NCBI GenBank assembly: GCA_902593125.1
Contig: CACJGU010000002.1
Span: 4,808 to 68,807, forward strand
Source: an uncultured Alphaproteobacteria bacterium
GTDB taxonomy: Bacteria; Pseudomonadota; Alphaproteobacteria; HIMB59; GCA-002718135
Direction of reading: 5' to 3'
DNA: 64,000 bases
Positions 10,363-20,877 of this stretch are shown here, piece after piece. The notes below the pieces were generated by a model, which was not told where the DNA came from, did no database searches, and saw only the letters and a list, made by a program, of their open reading frames with translations. The number at the start of each line of letters is the position of its first letter. Position 1 is the stretch's first letter. A program made the translations under genes and the position numbers.

Positions 10363-12138
10363 ATGTCCGTTACAAAAGAGCTTGAAGAAATAATTAAAAT
10401 TGTTAATTCAAATAGAATTGAATTAGCATTTTCAAAAATAAAAAAATTAAAAGAAGAAAACAATAATAATCTAAATGTTATTTATACATTTGCACAAATT
10501 GCACAAAAAGCGAACTATATAGAAGACGCTATAGAGTCATTTGAAAAAATTCTAGAAAATAAAAAAGAAGATGAAAAATTATTAAGTATTATATCAAAAT
10601 TATATATTCAAAAAAATAATACAGATAAGGCTCTCGTTTATATAAATAAAATATTGTCAAAAATTCCTTATGATGAAAGTGCAAATAAAGACAAAGCATA
10701 CATATTGTATAATTATCAAAAGTATAGAGAGGCAAAAAAATATATTAATATAGTAATAGAAAAATCTCCAAAAGATTACTTTGCTTTAAATATAAATGGA
10801 CTAATTTTGCTAGAAGAAAATAATGTATTAAAAGCAAAATCCTCTTTTGAAAAAGCAATAAAAATTAATCAAAAATTTCACGACAGTTATTTAAATTTAG
10901 GAGTTTGTTATTATAAATTAGAAGATTTTGATAAAGCATTTAAAAGTTTTAAGTATGTTTATAAAGAAAATAAAAATAACATAAGTGCAATTCTAAATAT
11001 TGCTAATTTACTTAGCTTAAAAGGTAAAAATTTGTATGCAATTTCATTGTATGAAAAAATATTAATTATTGACTCCAATAATAAAATTGCATTGTCAAAT
11101 CTTGCATTAAGTTATTTTAGATTAAAAGATCTTAAAAATTCAAAAAAATATTTTAAAAAAAGTATTGAGGTTAACCCTAATGATAATGAACTGATGTATA
11201 GTTATTCTACTATGCTTATTAACTTAAATTATTTTGCAGAAGGTTTAAAATATTTTGATAAACGATTATTAATTAAAAAGAATACTGCAAACCTAAAAAC
11301 TTATGAGTGCTTTAAAGATAAGGTGTTCGATATTAGTTCATTAAAACCAAATGAAAGAATATTCGTTTTAAGAGAACAAGGTATTGGAGAAGAAATCTTA
11401 TTTAGTTCTGTGTATAAAGATTTATTAGAAAAATTTCATAATGTCACAATTGAAGCAGACAAAAGATTAATAAGTATATTCAACAGATCATTTGATAAAA
11501 AAATTTTCTTTGATACCGATTATGTTTTAGAAAATAAAAATTTTATTAGAAACTATGATAAAATAATTTATGCAGGTAGTTTAATTAAGTTTTTTAGACA
11601 AAAGGAGGCAGATTTTAAAACAAATGCCTTTATAATTGATGACAAAGATAAGACTGAAAAATTAAAAAAACAATTTATAAATGAAAAAAAGATAACAGTA
11701 GGGATATCTTGGAGGAGTAAAATAAATATTTTTGGAAAGTTAAAATCATTAAAAATTGAAGATTTTAAAGTCTTATTCAATGAAAAAAGATTAATTATTA
11801 ATTTACAATATGGAGACATAAATAAAGACAAAGAGTCCTTAAAAAAAACCAACAATAATTTAGTACATTTAGAAAATATTGATTTATTTAATGATCTAGA
11901 ATCATGTATTTCCCTTTTAAAAAATTTGGATTACTTTGTTACTGTTAGTAATTCTACTGCTCATTTAGCTGGTGCATTAGGTATAAAAACAATTCTTATT
12001 GTTCCAAATCAATCTTCAAGTTATTATTATTGGGACTTAAGTAAAAATTCCTCTATCTGGTATAAAAGTATAAAGGTTGTAAAAATTGAAGGCTCAATTA
12101 ATAAAACAATGGCTAAAATAAATAAAATTATTGTTTAA
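10363..12138 (+). CDS. TPR-repeat protein with C-terminal GT9-like glycosyltransferase domain
   Basis: N-terminal half is TPR-like repeats. C-terminal half has LREQGIGEEILF, ISWRS, NLQYGD and VSNSTAHLAGALG motifs. Confidence 0.7.
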   Translation: MSVTKELEEIIKIVNSNRIELAFSKIKKLKEENNNNLNVIYTFAQIAQKANYIEDAIESFEKILENKKEDEKLLSIISKLYIQKNNTDKALVYINKILSKIPYDESANKDKAYILYNYQKYREAKKYINIVIEKSPKDYFALNINGLILLEENNVLKAKSSFEKAIKINQKFHDSYLNLGVCYYKLEDFDKAFKSFKYVYKENKNNISAILNIANLLSLKGKNLYAISLYEKILIIDSNNKIALSNLALSYFRLKDLKNSKKYFKKSIEVNPNDNELMYSYSTMLINLNYFAEGLKYFDKRLLIKKNTANLKTYECFKDKVFDISSLKPNERIFVLREQGIGEEILFSSVYKDLLEKFHNVTIEADKRLISIFNRSFDKKIFFDTDYVLENKNFIRNYDKIIYAGSLIKFFRQKEADFKTNAFIIDDKDKTEKLKKQFINEKKITVGISWRSKINIFGKLKSLKIEDFKVLFNEKRLIINLQYGDINKDKESLKKTNNNLVHLENIDLFNDLESCISLLKNLDYFVTVSNSTAHLAGALGIKTILIVPNQSSSYYYWDLSKNSSIWYKSIKVVKIEGSINKTMAKINKIIV

Positions 12139-13926
12139 ATGGAACATGCATCTTTAATAAATGAATTAATAAATGAGGCTGTTACAGAAAAAAGTCTATC
12201 AGCATATAAGAAGCTTAAAAAAATCTTAAAACAAAAACCTGAAGATAGTAAATTAAGGTTTAATATAGCTGTAATAGAGCAAAGACTTGATTTTAATCAA
12301 GAGGCTAAAGCTAATTATAAATATTTGATTAAAAATAATAAAGATTTCAAATCAATTACAAATTTATATCTTATGGAAATAAAAGATGAAAATTATGAAA
12401 ATGCTCTAAAACTAATTGATATTGGCATAGAAATAAATCCTACCTATGCAACAATTAAAAAAGATAAAGCTTTCATTTTATATAAAACAAATAAATTAGA
12501 AGAATCAAAAAAAATATGTAAATTTTTTATTTCACAAAATAAAAAAGATATAACGAGTCTAAATATTCTAGGTTTATGTTATTTTGTAGAAAACAATTTT
12601 GAAAAAGCAGAATTTTTTTTGAAACAAGCATTAATGTATGATGAAAATAATTTGCAAATTTTAAATTCTTTAGGAAGATTATTTCATGAAAAAAGAGAAT
12701 CAGAGCAGGCAGAAAAGTTTTTCTTAAAAGCATTAAAAATTGATGAAAATTCATTCCAAATAATTAATAATTTAGCAGGTTTTTATAGGGAAGAAGGAGA
12801 ATATAATAAAGCAGTCAAATTTTATGAAAAAGCTCTAATTTTAAATAAGGATAACCCTTCTATAATTAGCAACCTGGCTAAAACATATTTTGATTTAGAC
12901 AAATTGGATCTTGCAGAAGAATATTCACTTAAGGCGTTAAAGTATAATGAAGAAGATGGTAATATAAAAAAAATTCTATCTTTTGTTTATTTAAAAAAAC
13001 ATAATTTTGAATTGGGCTGGACATATTTTGATGGAAGATTAAATTTATCAGATTTTCAGGATAGGAATGAAACTATAACTAAATTGAGAAAAAAATTATA
13101 TTTTAAAAATAATTTAAAAAAGAATATAAATTTATTAGTCCTTCGTGAACAAGGTGTTGGTGATGAATTATTGTATGGTTCTATGTATAAAGATCTCTTA
13201 GAACAAATAGAGAATGTAAAAATTGAATGTGATAAGCGTCTTCTAAATTTATTCAGAAATTCACTTCCAAAATATGCACAAAAGTTTGTAGAGTTTGGAA
13301 ATATCTCTAATAATAATAATAAACTCAAATCTGTTGAAAATATTTTATATGCTGGAAGTCTTGGAAAATATTTTAGAAGAAATATTAAAGATTTTAATAA
13401 TAAAAATTATTTATTTCCTGATAAAATACTTTCTGAAAAATATAAAAAAATTATAGATAAATTTAAAGGAAAATATAAATTTGGAATATCATGGAAGAGT
13501 TTTAAAAATAGATACTCTTTTGACAAATCACTAAGCCTAGAAAACTTAAAGCATATATTAGATTTTGAAGATTGTAGTTTTTTTAATCTTCAATATGGAG
13601 ATATAGGTAATGAAATTGTTGATTTTGAAAGTAAATGTGTCAGTAAAATAAATACTATTAAAGAATTAGATATTTATAATGACTTTGATAGCTTAGCTGC
13701 CTTCTTAAAAAATTTAGATATGTTTATAACAGTTAGCAATAGTACTGCTCATTTAGCAGGATCTCTTGGAGTTAAAACTCTATTGATAAAACCAAAAAAT
13801 CATGCACTATTTCATTACTGGAATCAGTACAATGAAAATACTCCTTGGTATAATTCCGTTACATTAATTAGTAGAGAAGATATAATGAATGAAAATAATC
13901 TTATTAATAAAAATCTATTTCAATAA
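12139..13926 (+). CDS. TPR-repeat protein with C-terminal GT9-like glycosyltransferase domain (tandem paralogue)
   Basis: Same architecture and motifs as the upstream gene (LREQGVGDELLY, ISWKS, NLQYGD, VSNSTAHLAGSLG). The start directly abuts the upstream stop. Confidence 0.7.
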   Translation: MEHASLINELINEAVTEKSLSAYKKLKKILKQKPEDSKLRFNIAVIEQRLDFNQEAKANYKYLIKNNKDFKSITNLYLMEIKDENYENALKLIDIGIEINPTYATIKKDKAFILYKTNKLEESKKICKFFISQNKKDITSLNILGLCYFVENNFEKAEFFLKQALMYDENNLQILNSLGRLFHEKRESEQAEKFFLKALKIDENSFQIINNLAGFYREEGEYNKAVKFYEKALILNKDNPSIISNLAKTYFDLDKLDLAEEYSLKALKYNEEDGNIKKILSFVYLKKHNFELGWTYFDGRLNLSDFQDRNETITKLRKKLYFKNNLKKNINLLVLREQGVGDELLYGSMYKDLLEQIENVKIECDKRLLNLFRNSLPKYAQKFVEFGNISNNNNKLKSVENILYAGSLGKYFRRNIKDFNNKNYLFPDKILSEKYKKIIDKFKGKYKFGISWKSFKNRYSFDKSLSLENLKHILDFEDCSFFNLQYGDIGNEIVDFESKCVSKINTIKELDIYNDFDSLAAFLKNLDMFITVSNSTAHLAGSLGVKTLLIKPKNHALFHYWNQYNENTPWYNSVTLISREDIMNENNLINKNLFQ

Positions 13927-14616
13927 ATTAAATTTATTTGATAAATATTCATCTCTTTCAAGAATCCATTCTTTAGCAAATTCTACGTCTTGCCATTCTG
14001 TGAACCAAGGACCTCCTCTGGTATAATGAACAGCAAAAGGTTTTTGATCATTGTGTTGTGATGTCCACCCCTCTAACCAATTCCATCTTTCGTCTAATGA
14101 TCCTATTTCTTCATCTTTACACCATTTAAATTGATGAAGATAAGCTCCACTTTCTTGGTTTACTTTTTCAATAGTTAGATTTTTGGTACTAGGATGCGAA
14201 CAATTAAATAAAATAAAACTAGACCAATTTTTCCTTGGATAAATTGTTTGTTTTTTACCATCCATCTTGTGTTTTTCTTTTGGAGTGTAGTCATGTTGGA
14301 CACAATAAATTGCTTTTGAAGAGTCTAAATTAGAAAATAAATTTGATACATCGTTTAAAAAAATAAAATCACAGTCACAGAACACTGCCCATCCCTCATA
14401 GTTATTTAATAATGGAACTAAAAACCTAGTGTAAGTAAACTGTGTTGATGCTAATGGATCGATAGGTCTTGTGTATAATTTCTTTGCAATTAACTCATCT
14501 AATTTAAGAGACATAACATTTACGTTATTTGATGATCTTTTTAGTAAAGAGTATTTACAAACTCTATATGCAATATCTTCCTTAGGATCATAACCTATAA
14601 AAAAATTAACTTTCAT
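13915..14616 (-). CDS. Glycosyltransferase, GT8-like (DxD type)
   Basis: STQFTYTRFLVP and AVFCDCDFIFLNDV (DxD) motifs. Its 3' end overlaps the convergent gene by 12 nt. Confidence 0.5.
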   Translation of the reverse strand: MKVNFFIGYDPKEDIAYRVCKYSLLKRSSNNVNVMSLKLDELIAKKLYTRPIDPLASTQFTYTRFLVPLLNNYEGWAVFCDCDFIFLNDVSNLFSNLDSSKAIYCVQHDYTPKEKHKMDGKKQTIYPRKNWSSFILFNCSHPSTKNLTIEKVNQESGAYLHQFKWCKDEEIGSLDERWNWLEGWTSQHNDQKPFAVHYTRGGPWFTEWQDVEFAKEWILERDEYLSNKFNLLK

Positions 14617-14623
14617 TTTAATT

Positions 14624-15925
14624 TTATTTCAAGTCACTACTTATCATTTTTGAATCAAATACAACAAGAGAATTAAAGTATCCAGAATTTGATAAACTTT
14701 CCCATTCTTCTTGTGTTTTATTTGTTATTCTACAAATCCAACTGTTTTCAATAGCTAAATTTTCTGATCTTAAAATCCACGAGTCACTTTTTTGTTTGTC
14801 ATTATGTTCCCCGAGTTCGATATCAGCCATAAAAAGACAAATTTCTCTAGAGGGATTAGATCCAATTAATCCAGAAATATTTTCTCTTGCAATTTTCCAT
14901 TCTTGATTTTTAATTGCAAAAAATATTAATAATTTTTTTGACTCATTTTCTTCTCTGTTATTTTTAATTACTTGATAAATAAATGATAGATCTGTTAATT
15001 TGTTTTGAATTATTATTTGTGAAACTATAGATCTCAATAGAAAGTTTGGATTGATTGACCAATATTTTTTTATCATTTTCTTTAAAAGAAATAAATTATT
15101 GAGTTGAGAAATTATTTCTAAATGTAATTTTATAAATGGTGGAAAGTTTTTCTTAAATTCAAGTGCTTTAATGATATCTTTTAATGCATCCTTAGGATTA
15201 CTACTAAATTTAATTTTTGCTATTTCATAATGACCTATAGATTTATTCTCGTAAAGTGTTTCTCGGTCAATTATTTTTTTTGAATAAGCTTTATCTGATA
15301 ATACAAGAAGTTGATTCCAATTTTTTGTTTTAGCTGAAATATAAACTAGTGTTTCATACAATTTTTCAATAGATGCGTTTAGGTAAAAAAGTTTCTCACC
15401 ATATAAAAAAGCATGATGATAATCTTGGTTGTTTAAGTTTAACTCCATTAAACCTCTATAACCCAAAGCTTCAGTTTTCTTAGATTTGATCATTGTTTCA
15501 TAAACACTAGACAGTTCGTTTAAATTTTTATCTATTTTATAAACTTCTGATTTTAAGAGTAATGATAATGAGGGATCTTCATTCAAATATACATTCATTT
15601 TTTTATGAAATTTAATTGCAGATCGATTGTCTTTATTTGCAACTGCAATCATTGCTTCAACGAAATAATGGTATCCTTTTTCTAACTTCTTAAATTTATT
15701 ATTTAATAAATACTTTTTTACTGAAAATCTTGATTTGAAATACAGATAAACTAGCACATAGAAAAAAAGTAAAAATAATAAAGTTAAGATAGCAAAAATA
15801 TTTGAAGTAAATGAATATTTAAGGTTTCCTATATCTAATGAAATAATAAAAGGATTTGAAAATAAAAAAGTAAGTATAATAACTAATAAAATTATTTGTA
15901 TGGTAAAAATTATAAATCTATACAT
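14624..15925 (-). CDS. HemY-like TPR membrane protein
   Basis: Two N-terminal TM helices followed by a helical repeat region, the architecture of HemY_N proteins. Sits downstream of a HemX-like gene. Confidence 0.55.
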   Translation of the reverse strand: MYRFIIFTIQIILLVIILTFLFSNPFIISLDIGNLKYSFTSNIFAILTLLFLLFFYVLVYLYFKSRFSVKKYLLNNKFKKLEKGYHYFVEAMIAVANKDNRSAIKFHKKMNVYLNEDPSLSLLLKSEVYKIDKNLNELSSVYETMIKSKKTEALGYRGLMELNLNNQDYHHAFLYGEKLFYLNASIEKLYETLVYISAKTKNWNQLLVLSDKAYSKKIIDRETLYENKSIGHYEIAKIKFSSNPKDALKDIIKALEFKKNFPPFIKLHLEIISQLNNLFLLKKMIKKYWSINPNFLLRSIVSQIIIQNKLTDLSFIYQVIKNNREENESKKLLIFFAIKNQEWKIARENISGLIGSNPSREICLFMADIELGEHNDKQKSDSWILRSENLAIENSWICRITNKTQEEWESLSNSGYFNSLVVFDSKMISSDLK

Positions 15926-16806
15926 TATTTTAATTTCAATAATTCATTTTTGAAATCTAAATATTTTGATATTTCCAAATAAGATAATTCGAAAATTTTT
16001 TCATGATTTTCTATATTAGTAATTTTAGATAATGCATTTTCTAAATTATTATTATTCAAACTTAATTTTATTTCTTTAATTTTCAAAATTAAATCATCTG
16101 TAATTTTATTTTCAGAGCTTGGTGATATTTCAACATACGGCCAAAAAATTTTGCTTAAAACAGAATTTGGATTCTTTATATTTACATTTTTTAAATGATT
16201 ATTTACTTCTTTGTTAAAAGTATCTTTTATATACTCGTGACCCTTATATGGGTTATTAGTTTTTAGTAGTATTTTTTCAAAATTTTTGTTTTTATCTTTT
16301 TTTATACTTTTTTTTAGAAAATCTATTTCAGAATTGAAGTCTATTCCATTTTGATACTTTATTAGTATTAAGTCAATTATCTCGTCATTATCATCATAAA
16401 TTATATTAGATGTTTTGTTTTCTTGAGACGGAGACTCAATTTTTTCAAATTTAATTTGTTCAATTTCTTTTGATAGTTTATCAAAATTATCATTTAACTG
16501 TTTAATATTATTTTTTAGTATAGCGAAGTCACCATTTGTCTTTGAAATGTCTGTAATATTTTTATTAATTTCAAGAATTGAAGATTTTGTAATTTTAATT
16601 TCCTCTGAGATATCTTCTATAAGCAATGAGTTTTTGTTTATATTGTTGTTTAATTTTTCTTCTGAAAAAGATCTTATTTGGGAAATATCCTCTTCATTTT
16701 TATAATTCAAATAAAGTATATATGACATGCCAATTAGACAAATTAACAAGCCAAAACTTAAACTAAGCTTCGAAAAAATATAAAAATATTCAATTATTTT
16801 TTTCAT
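15925..16806 (-). CDS. HemX/Mic60-like membrane-anchored coiled-coil protein
   Basis: One N-terminal TM helix (LSLSFGLLICLIGMSYILYL) followed by a long K/E/N-rich coiled-coil-like region. Its position between tsaD and the hemY-like gene matches the alphaproteobacterial hem-cluster context. Confidence 0.4.
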   Translation of the reverse strand: MKKIIEYFYIFSKLSLSFGLLICLIGMSYILYLNYKNEEDISQIRSFSEEKLNNNINKNSLLIEDISEEIKITKSSILEINKNITDISKTNGDFAILKNNIKQLNDNFDKLSKEIEQIKFEKIESPSQENKTSNIIYDDNDEIIDLILIKYQNGIDFNSEIDFLKKSIKKDKNKNFEKILLKTNNPYKGHEYIKDTFNKEVNNHLKNVNIKNPNSVLSKIFWPYVEISPSSENKITDDLILKIKEIKLSLNNNNLENALSKITNIENHEKIFELSYLEISKYLDFKNELLKLK

Positions 16807-16849
16807 TTCTTTTTTTTAACATTATTGGTTTGTTGTTTCACAGAAGAAA

Positions 16850-17872
16850 ATGATGTACCAAACTAATATGCTTGTATTTGCCTCAGAAACCTCTTGCGAC
16901 GAAACATCCATTTGTTTGATGGAAGACAATAAAATTATTGAACATGTGATTTTTTCTCAAGAAATTCATAATAATCATGGTGGTGTGGTGCCTGAATTAG
17001 CATCAAGGGCGCATTTAGAAAAAATACAAGAAATTACAAATAAAATATTTAAAAGACCAAATATAGACCCAAAAAAAATAGATGTATTTACTTCAACTTG
17101 TGGTCCAGGATTAATTGGAAGTTTACTTGTTGGATCTACTTTCACTAAGTCATTATCAATAGGTTTTAATAAACCATTTTTTCCAGTTAATCATTTAGAG
17201 GGGCACTTATTATCTACAAGCTTCAATAATTCAATTGTTTACCCTCATCTCGTTTTACTACTTACTGGTGGTCATACCCAAATATATTTAATGCACGATG
17301 AAGAAAAAATTGAACTATTAGGTGAAAGTGTTGATGATGCAATTGGGGAAGCATTTGACAAAACTGCCAAATTGATTGGATTAGGTTATCCGGGAGGCGC
17401 ACAAATAGAAGAACTTGCTAAATATGGTGATGAAAACTATTTCAAACTTCCTAAACCCCTTTTAAATGATCCAACTTTTAATTTTTCATTCTCTGGTATT
17501 AAAACTCATATCAATCTGTTAACTAAAAAAAATAAAATTGATGATATTTTTAGAAAAAATATATCTTCTTCATTCCAAAAAACTATAACTGAAATAATTA
17601 TTTCTAAAATAGAAAAAGTATTAGAGTTTTTAAATACTAAAAATATTTCTTTAAAATCAACTTCAATAGTTGGAGGTGTTGCAAATAATTTTTACATTAA
17701 AAGAAATTTAGAGAATTTATTTGAAAAAAAAAATATTGAACTTTATTATCCGATAAAAGAAATGATGAGTGATAATGCAGCTATGATTGCTTGGGCTTGT
17801 ATTAAAAATTATAGTAAAAAAAATGCAGATATTTTTTTTAAACCAAATCCAAGACTAAAAATAACTTTATAA
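16850..17872 (+). CDS. tsaD: tRNA N6-adenosine threonylcarbamoyltransferase TsaD
   Basis: ETSCDET, VNHLEGHL, LLLTGGHTQ and GVANN motifs. Confidence 0.93.
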   Translation: MMYQTNMLVFASETSCDETSICLMEDNKIIEHVIFSQEIHNNHGGVVPELASRAHLEKIQEITNKIFKRPNIDPKKIDVFTSTCGPGLIGSLLVGSTFTKSLSIGFNKPFFPVNHLEGHLLSTSFNNSIVYPHLVLLLTGGHTQIYLMHDEEKIELLGESVDDAIGEAFDKTAKLIGLGYPGGAQIEELAKYGDENYFKLPKPLLNDPTFNFSFSGIKTHINLLTKKNKIDDIFRKNISSSFQKTITEIIISKIEKVLEFLNTKNISLKSTSIVGGVANNFYIKRNLENLFEKKNIELYYPIKEMMSDNAAMIAWACIKNYSKKNADIFFKPNPRLKITL

Positions 17873-17889
17873 TAATTTTGGAGGATTAA

Positions 17890-18294
17890 ATGCAATATTG
17901 GCTAATTAAATCAGAACCAGATGCATGGTCATGGGATAACCAGGTTAAAGAAGGTGTATCAATGTGGGATGGAGTTAGAAATTATCAAGCACGCAACAAT
18001 TTAAAAAAAATGAAAAAAGGTGATCTTTGTTTTTTTTATCACTCCGTTTCAGAAAGATCTATAGTAGGTATCGTTAAAGTGGTAAAGGAATATTATCCAG
18101 ACCCAACAGATGAGACTGGTAAGTTTGTAGTTGTAGATGTAAGACCTAAAAAAAAATTGAAGAAACCAATTTCTTTAGACCAAATTAAAAAAGAAAAAAA
18201 ATTGAAAGACATTGCATTAATTAAACAAAGTAGACTATCGGTTATGCCACTAAAAAAAAGTGAGTGGAGCTTAATATTGAAAATGTCATTATAG
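17890..18294 (+). CDS. EVE (PUA-like) domain protein
   Basis: MQYWLIKSEPDAWSWD N-terminus and the GDLCFFYHS motif are characteristic of EVE/DUF55 proteins. RBS GGAGG upstream. Confidence 0.8.
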   Translation: MQYWLIKSEPDAWSWDNQVKEGVSMWDGVRNYQARNNLKKMKKGDLCFFYHSVSERSIVGIVKVVKEYYPDPTDETGKFVVVDVRPKKKLKKPISLDQIKKEKKLKDIALIKQSRLSVMPLKKSEWSLILKMSL

Positions 18295-18345
18295 GAATTA
18301 ATATTCTTATTGAAATTTTATAGTTTTCCAACTAATCTTATAATA

Positions 18346-20268
18346 ATGAAAATTAAAAATGAGTGGATAAGCAATGCTAAAATTAATAATGATGAATATT
18401 CTTCAATGTATAAACAATCTATTGAAGATGGAGATAGTTTTTGGAAAAAGCACGCAGGTAGAATAGATTGGTCTAAAAAGTTTACAAAAATCAAAGATGT
18501 AAAATATTCAAGTGATGAAGTTAATATTAAGTGGTTTGAAGATGGCGAATTAAACGTCTCATATAATTGTATAGATAGGCATGCAAAAATAAATCCTAAT
18601 AAGGTAGCTATAATTTGGGAGGGTGACGATCCTAATAATACAAAGAAAATTACATATGAAGAGTTAAAAAAAAATGTATGTAAAACAGCAAATGTTTTAA
18701 AGAAGATTGGTATAAGAAAGGGTGATAGAGTTACAATTTATCTTACAATGATACCAGAGCTTGCATACGTTATGTTAGCTTGTGCTAGAATAGGTGCTAT
18801 TCATTCAATTATTTTTGGAGGTTTTTCAGCAGAGTCGATAGCTGGCAGAGTTCAAGACTGTGAGTCTGAGTTTGTAATTACCGCAGACGAAGGAGTCAGG
18901 GGAGGTAAAACAATACCTCTAAAAGATACTACGGACAAAGCTTTATTGAGCTGCCCAAATGTTAAAAAATGTCTGATAATTAAGAGAACAGGAAAAAAAA
19001 TTAATCTAGTTCCAGAAAGAGATTTTCTTTTAGATGACTTAATAAAAGATGTAGATGACAATTGTGAACCAAAAATAATGAGTGCAGAAGATCCATTATT
19101 TATTTTGTACACATCTGGATCTACTGGAAAACCAAAAGGTGTTATGCACACTAGCGGTGGTTACATAGTTTACGCATCAATGACTCATGAGTATATTTTT
19201 AATTATCAAGCTGAAGATATATATTGGTGCACTGCAGATATTGGTTGGATAACTGGACATAGCTATATTATTTATGGTCCTTTATCTAATGGGGCAACTA
19301 CTCTGATGTTTGAGGGTGTTCCTAATTATCCTGATTTTTCAAGATTTTGGCAAATTATTGATAAACATCAAGTAAACATTTTTTATACTGCACCTACAGC
19401 AATTAGAGCTTTAATGAGAGAAGGTGATGATCATGTAAAAAAAACAAAACGAAATTCATTAAAACTACTTGGAACTGTTGGTGAGCCAATAAATCCAGAA
19501 GCTTGGAAATGGTATTTTGAAATTCCCGGAAATTCAAAATGTCCAATTGTTGATACGTGGTGGCAGACGGAAACAGGTGGAATTTTAATATCTCCACAGA
19601 CAGGCGCAATAGAATTAAAACCAGGTTCAGCCTCAAAACCATTTTTTGGGATTGAGCCTTGTATTGTAAATAAGGATGGTGATGAGCTTTTAGGAGAATG
19701 TGAAGGTATGTTATGTATTAAAAGATCTTGGCCGGGCCAAATGAGAACTGTTTATGGTGATCACAACAGGTTTATTAAAACATATTTTTCTCAATTTAAT
19801 GGCAAATATTTTACCGGAGATGGTTGTAAAAGGGATAAGGACGGTTATTACTGGATTACTGGAAGAGTTGATGATGTAATAATTGTGTCGGGACACAATC
19901 TTGGTACTGCTGAAATCGAAAGTGCGTTTGTTTCTCACCCTGGTGTTTCTGAAGCTGCTGTTGTTGGATATCCTCATGATATTAAAGGAAGTGGGTTATA
20001 TTGTTATGTTTCATTAAATGTTGGAATTTTATCTTCAGAAGAATTAGTAAAAGAGCTTAGAAATACTATAAGAGAAAGAATAGGCCCCATTGCAACTCCT
20101 GATTTTATTCATATTACTTCAGGTCTCCCTAAAACAAGATCAGGAAAAATAATGAGAAGGATTTTAAGAAAGATAGCATCAAATGATTTCTCAAATCTTG
20201 GAGATACTTCTACTTTAGCTGATCCAAGTGTTGTAGATGATTTGATTGAAAAGAGAAAAAATATTTAA
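18346..20268 (+). CDS. acs: Acetyl-CoA synthetase
   Basis: [14 protein letters not shown]-binding motif, WWQTETGG and [14 protein letters not shown] 18346 is preferred over the upstream TTG. Confidence 0.95.
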   Translation: MKIKNEWISNAKINNDEYSSMYKQSIEDGDSFWKKHAGRIDWSKKFTKIKDVKYSSDEVNIKWFEDGELNVSYNCIDRHAKINPNKVAIIWEGDDPNNTKKITYEELKKNVCKTANVLKKIGIRKGDRVTIYLTMIPELAYVMLACARIGAIHSIIFGGFSAESIAGRVQDCESEFVITADEGVRGGKTIPLKDTTDKALLSCPNVKKCLIIKRTGKKINLVPERDFLLDDLIKDVDDNCEPKIMSAEDPLFILYTSGSTGKPKGVMHTSGGYIVYASMTHEYIFNYQAEDIYWCTADIGWITGHSYIIYGPLSNGATTLMFEGVPNYPDFSRFWQIIDKHQVNIFYTAPTAIRALMREGDDHVKKTKRNSLKLLGTVGEPINPEAWKWYFEIPGNSKCPIVDTWWQTETGGILISPQTGAIELKPGSASKPFFGIEPCIVNKDGDELLGECEGMLCIKRSWPGQMRTVYGDHNRFIKTYFSQFNGKYFTGDGCKRDKDGYYWITGRVDDVIIVSGHNLGTAEIESAFVSHPGVSEAAVVGYPHDIKGSGLYCYVSLNVGILSSEELVKELRNTIRERIGPIATPDFIHITSGLPKTRSGKIMRRILRKIASNDFSNLGDTSTLADPSVVDDLIEKRKNI

Positions 20269-20820
20269 TTACCTTGGTTGCCAATGCTTTAAGCATCTAG
20301 GCTCATATATATTAGCAGCACCTACTACAGTTCGTTCTCCACCTTCAGTCTTTCTAAAGGTTTTGGTAGCTTCCATTCCACAAACATTACAAAATCCATA
20401 TATTTTCAAAATTTTATCAGATAAACCTAAAAGTAAAGATGAGGTTTCCCAAGGTTTTCCTCTAGAATCTTGGTCTAAACCTGCACATACAACATCTATA
20501 CCTTTATTTAAGATTTCTTCAACATTTTTCAAAGTGTCTTCAGTATGCATGAATTGAATTTCATCTAAAAAAACAACATCGACATTCTCTTTGTTAAAAA
20601 TAAAATCTTTTAATGTAGTATCCCAATCAGACATTGCATAGCACTCATGACTGAGATCATTATGAGTGATAATTTTCTCATTTGAGTATCGATTATCTAT
20701 ACTGGGCTTAATAACAATAATTTTTTTATTTTGATGTTTAGCCCAAAGAATTCTTTTAAGTAGTTCGCTTGTTTTTCCAGCAAACATTGCACCGACTATT
20801 GTTTCTAAGTTACCTCTCAT
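20269..20820 (-). CDS. tdk: Thymidine kinase
   Basis: P-loop GAMFAGKTSEL and a C-terminal zinc motif CNVCG...CLKH. Its stop abuts the convergent acs stop with 0 nt spacer. Confidence 0.93.
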   Translation of the reverse strand: MRGNLETIVGAMFAGKTSELLKRILWAKHQNKKIIVIKPSIDNRYSNEKIITHNDLSHECYAMSDWDTTLKDFIFNKENVDVVFLDEIQFMHTEDTLKNVEEILNKGIDVVCAGLDQDSRGKPWETSSLLLGLSDKILKIYGFCNVCGMEATKTFRKTEGGERTVVGAANIYEPRCLKHWQPR

Positions 20821-20877
20821 TTAATTGATTTTCTATTTATTATTTATGTATAATATAATTATTAAAAATAAAATAAA

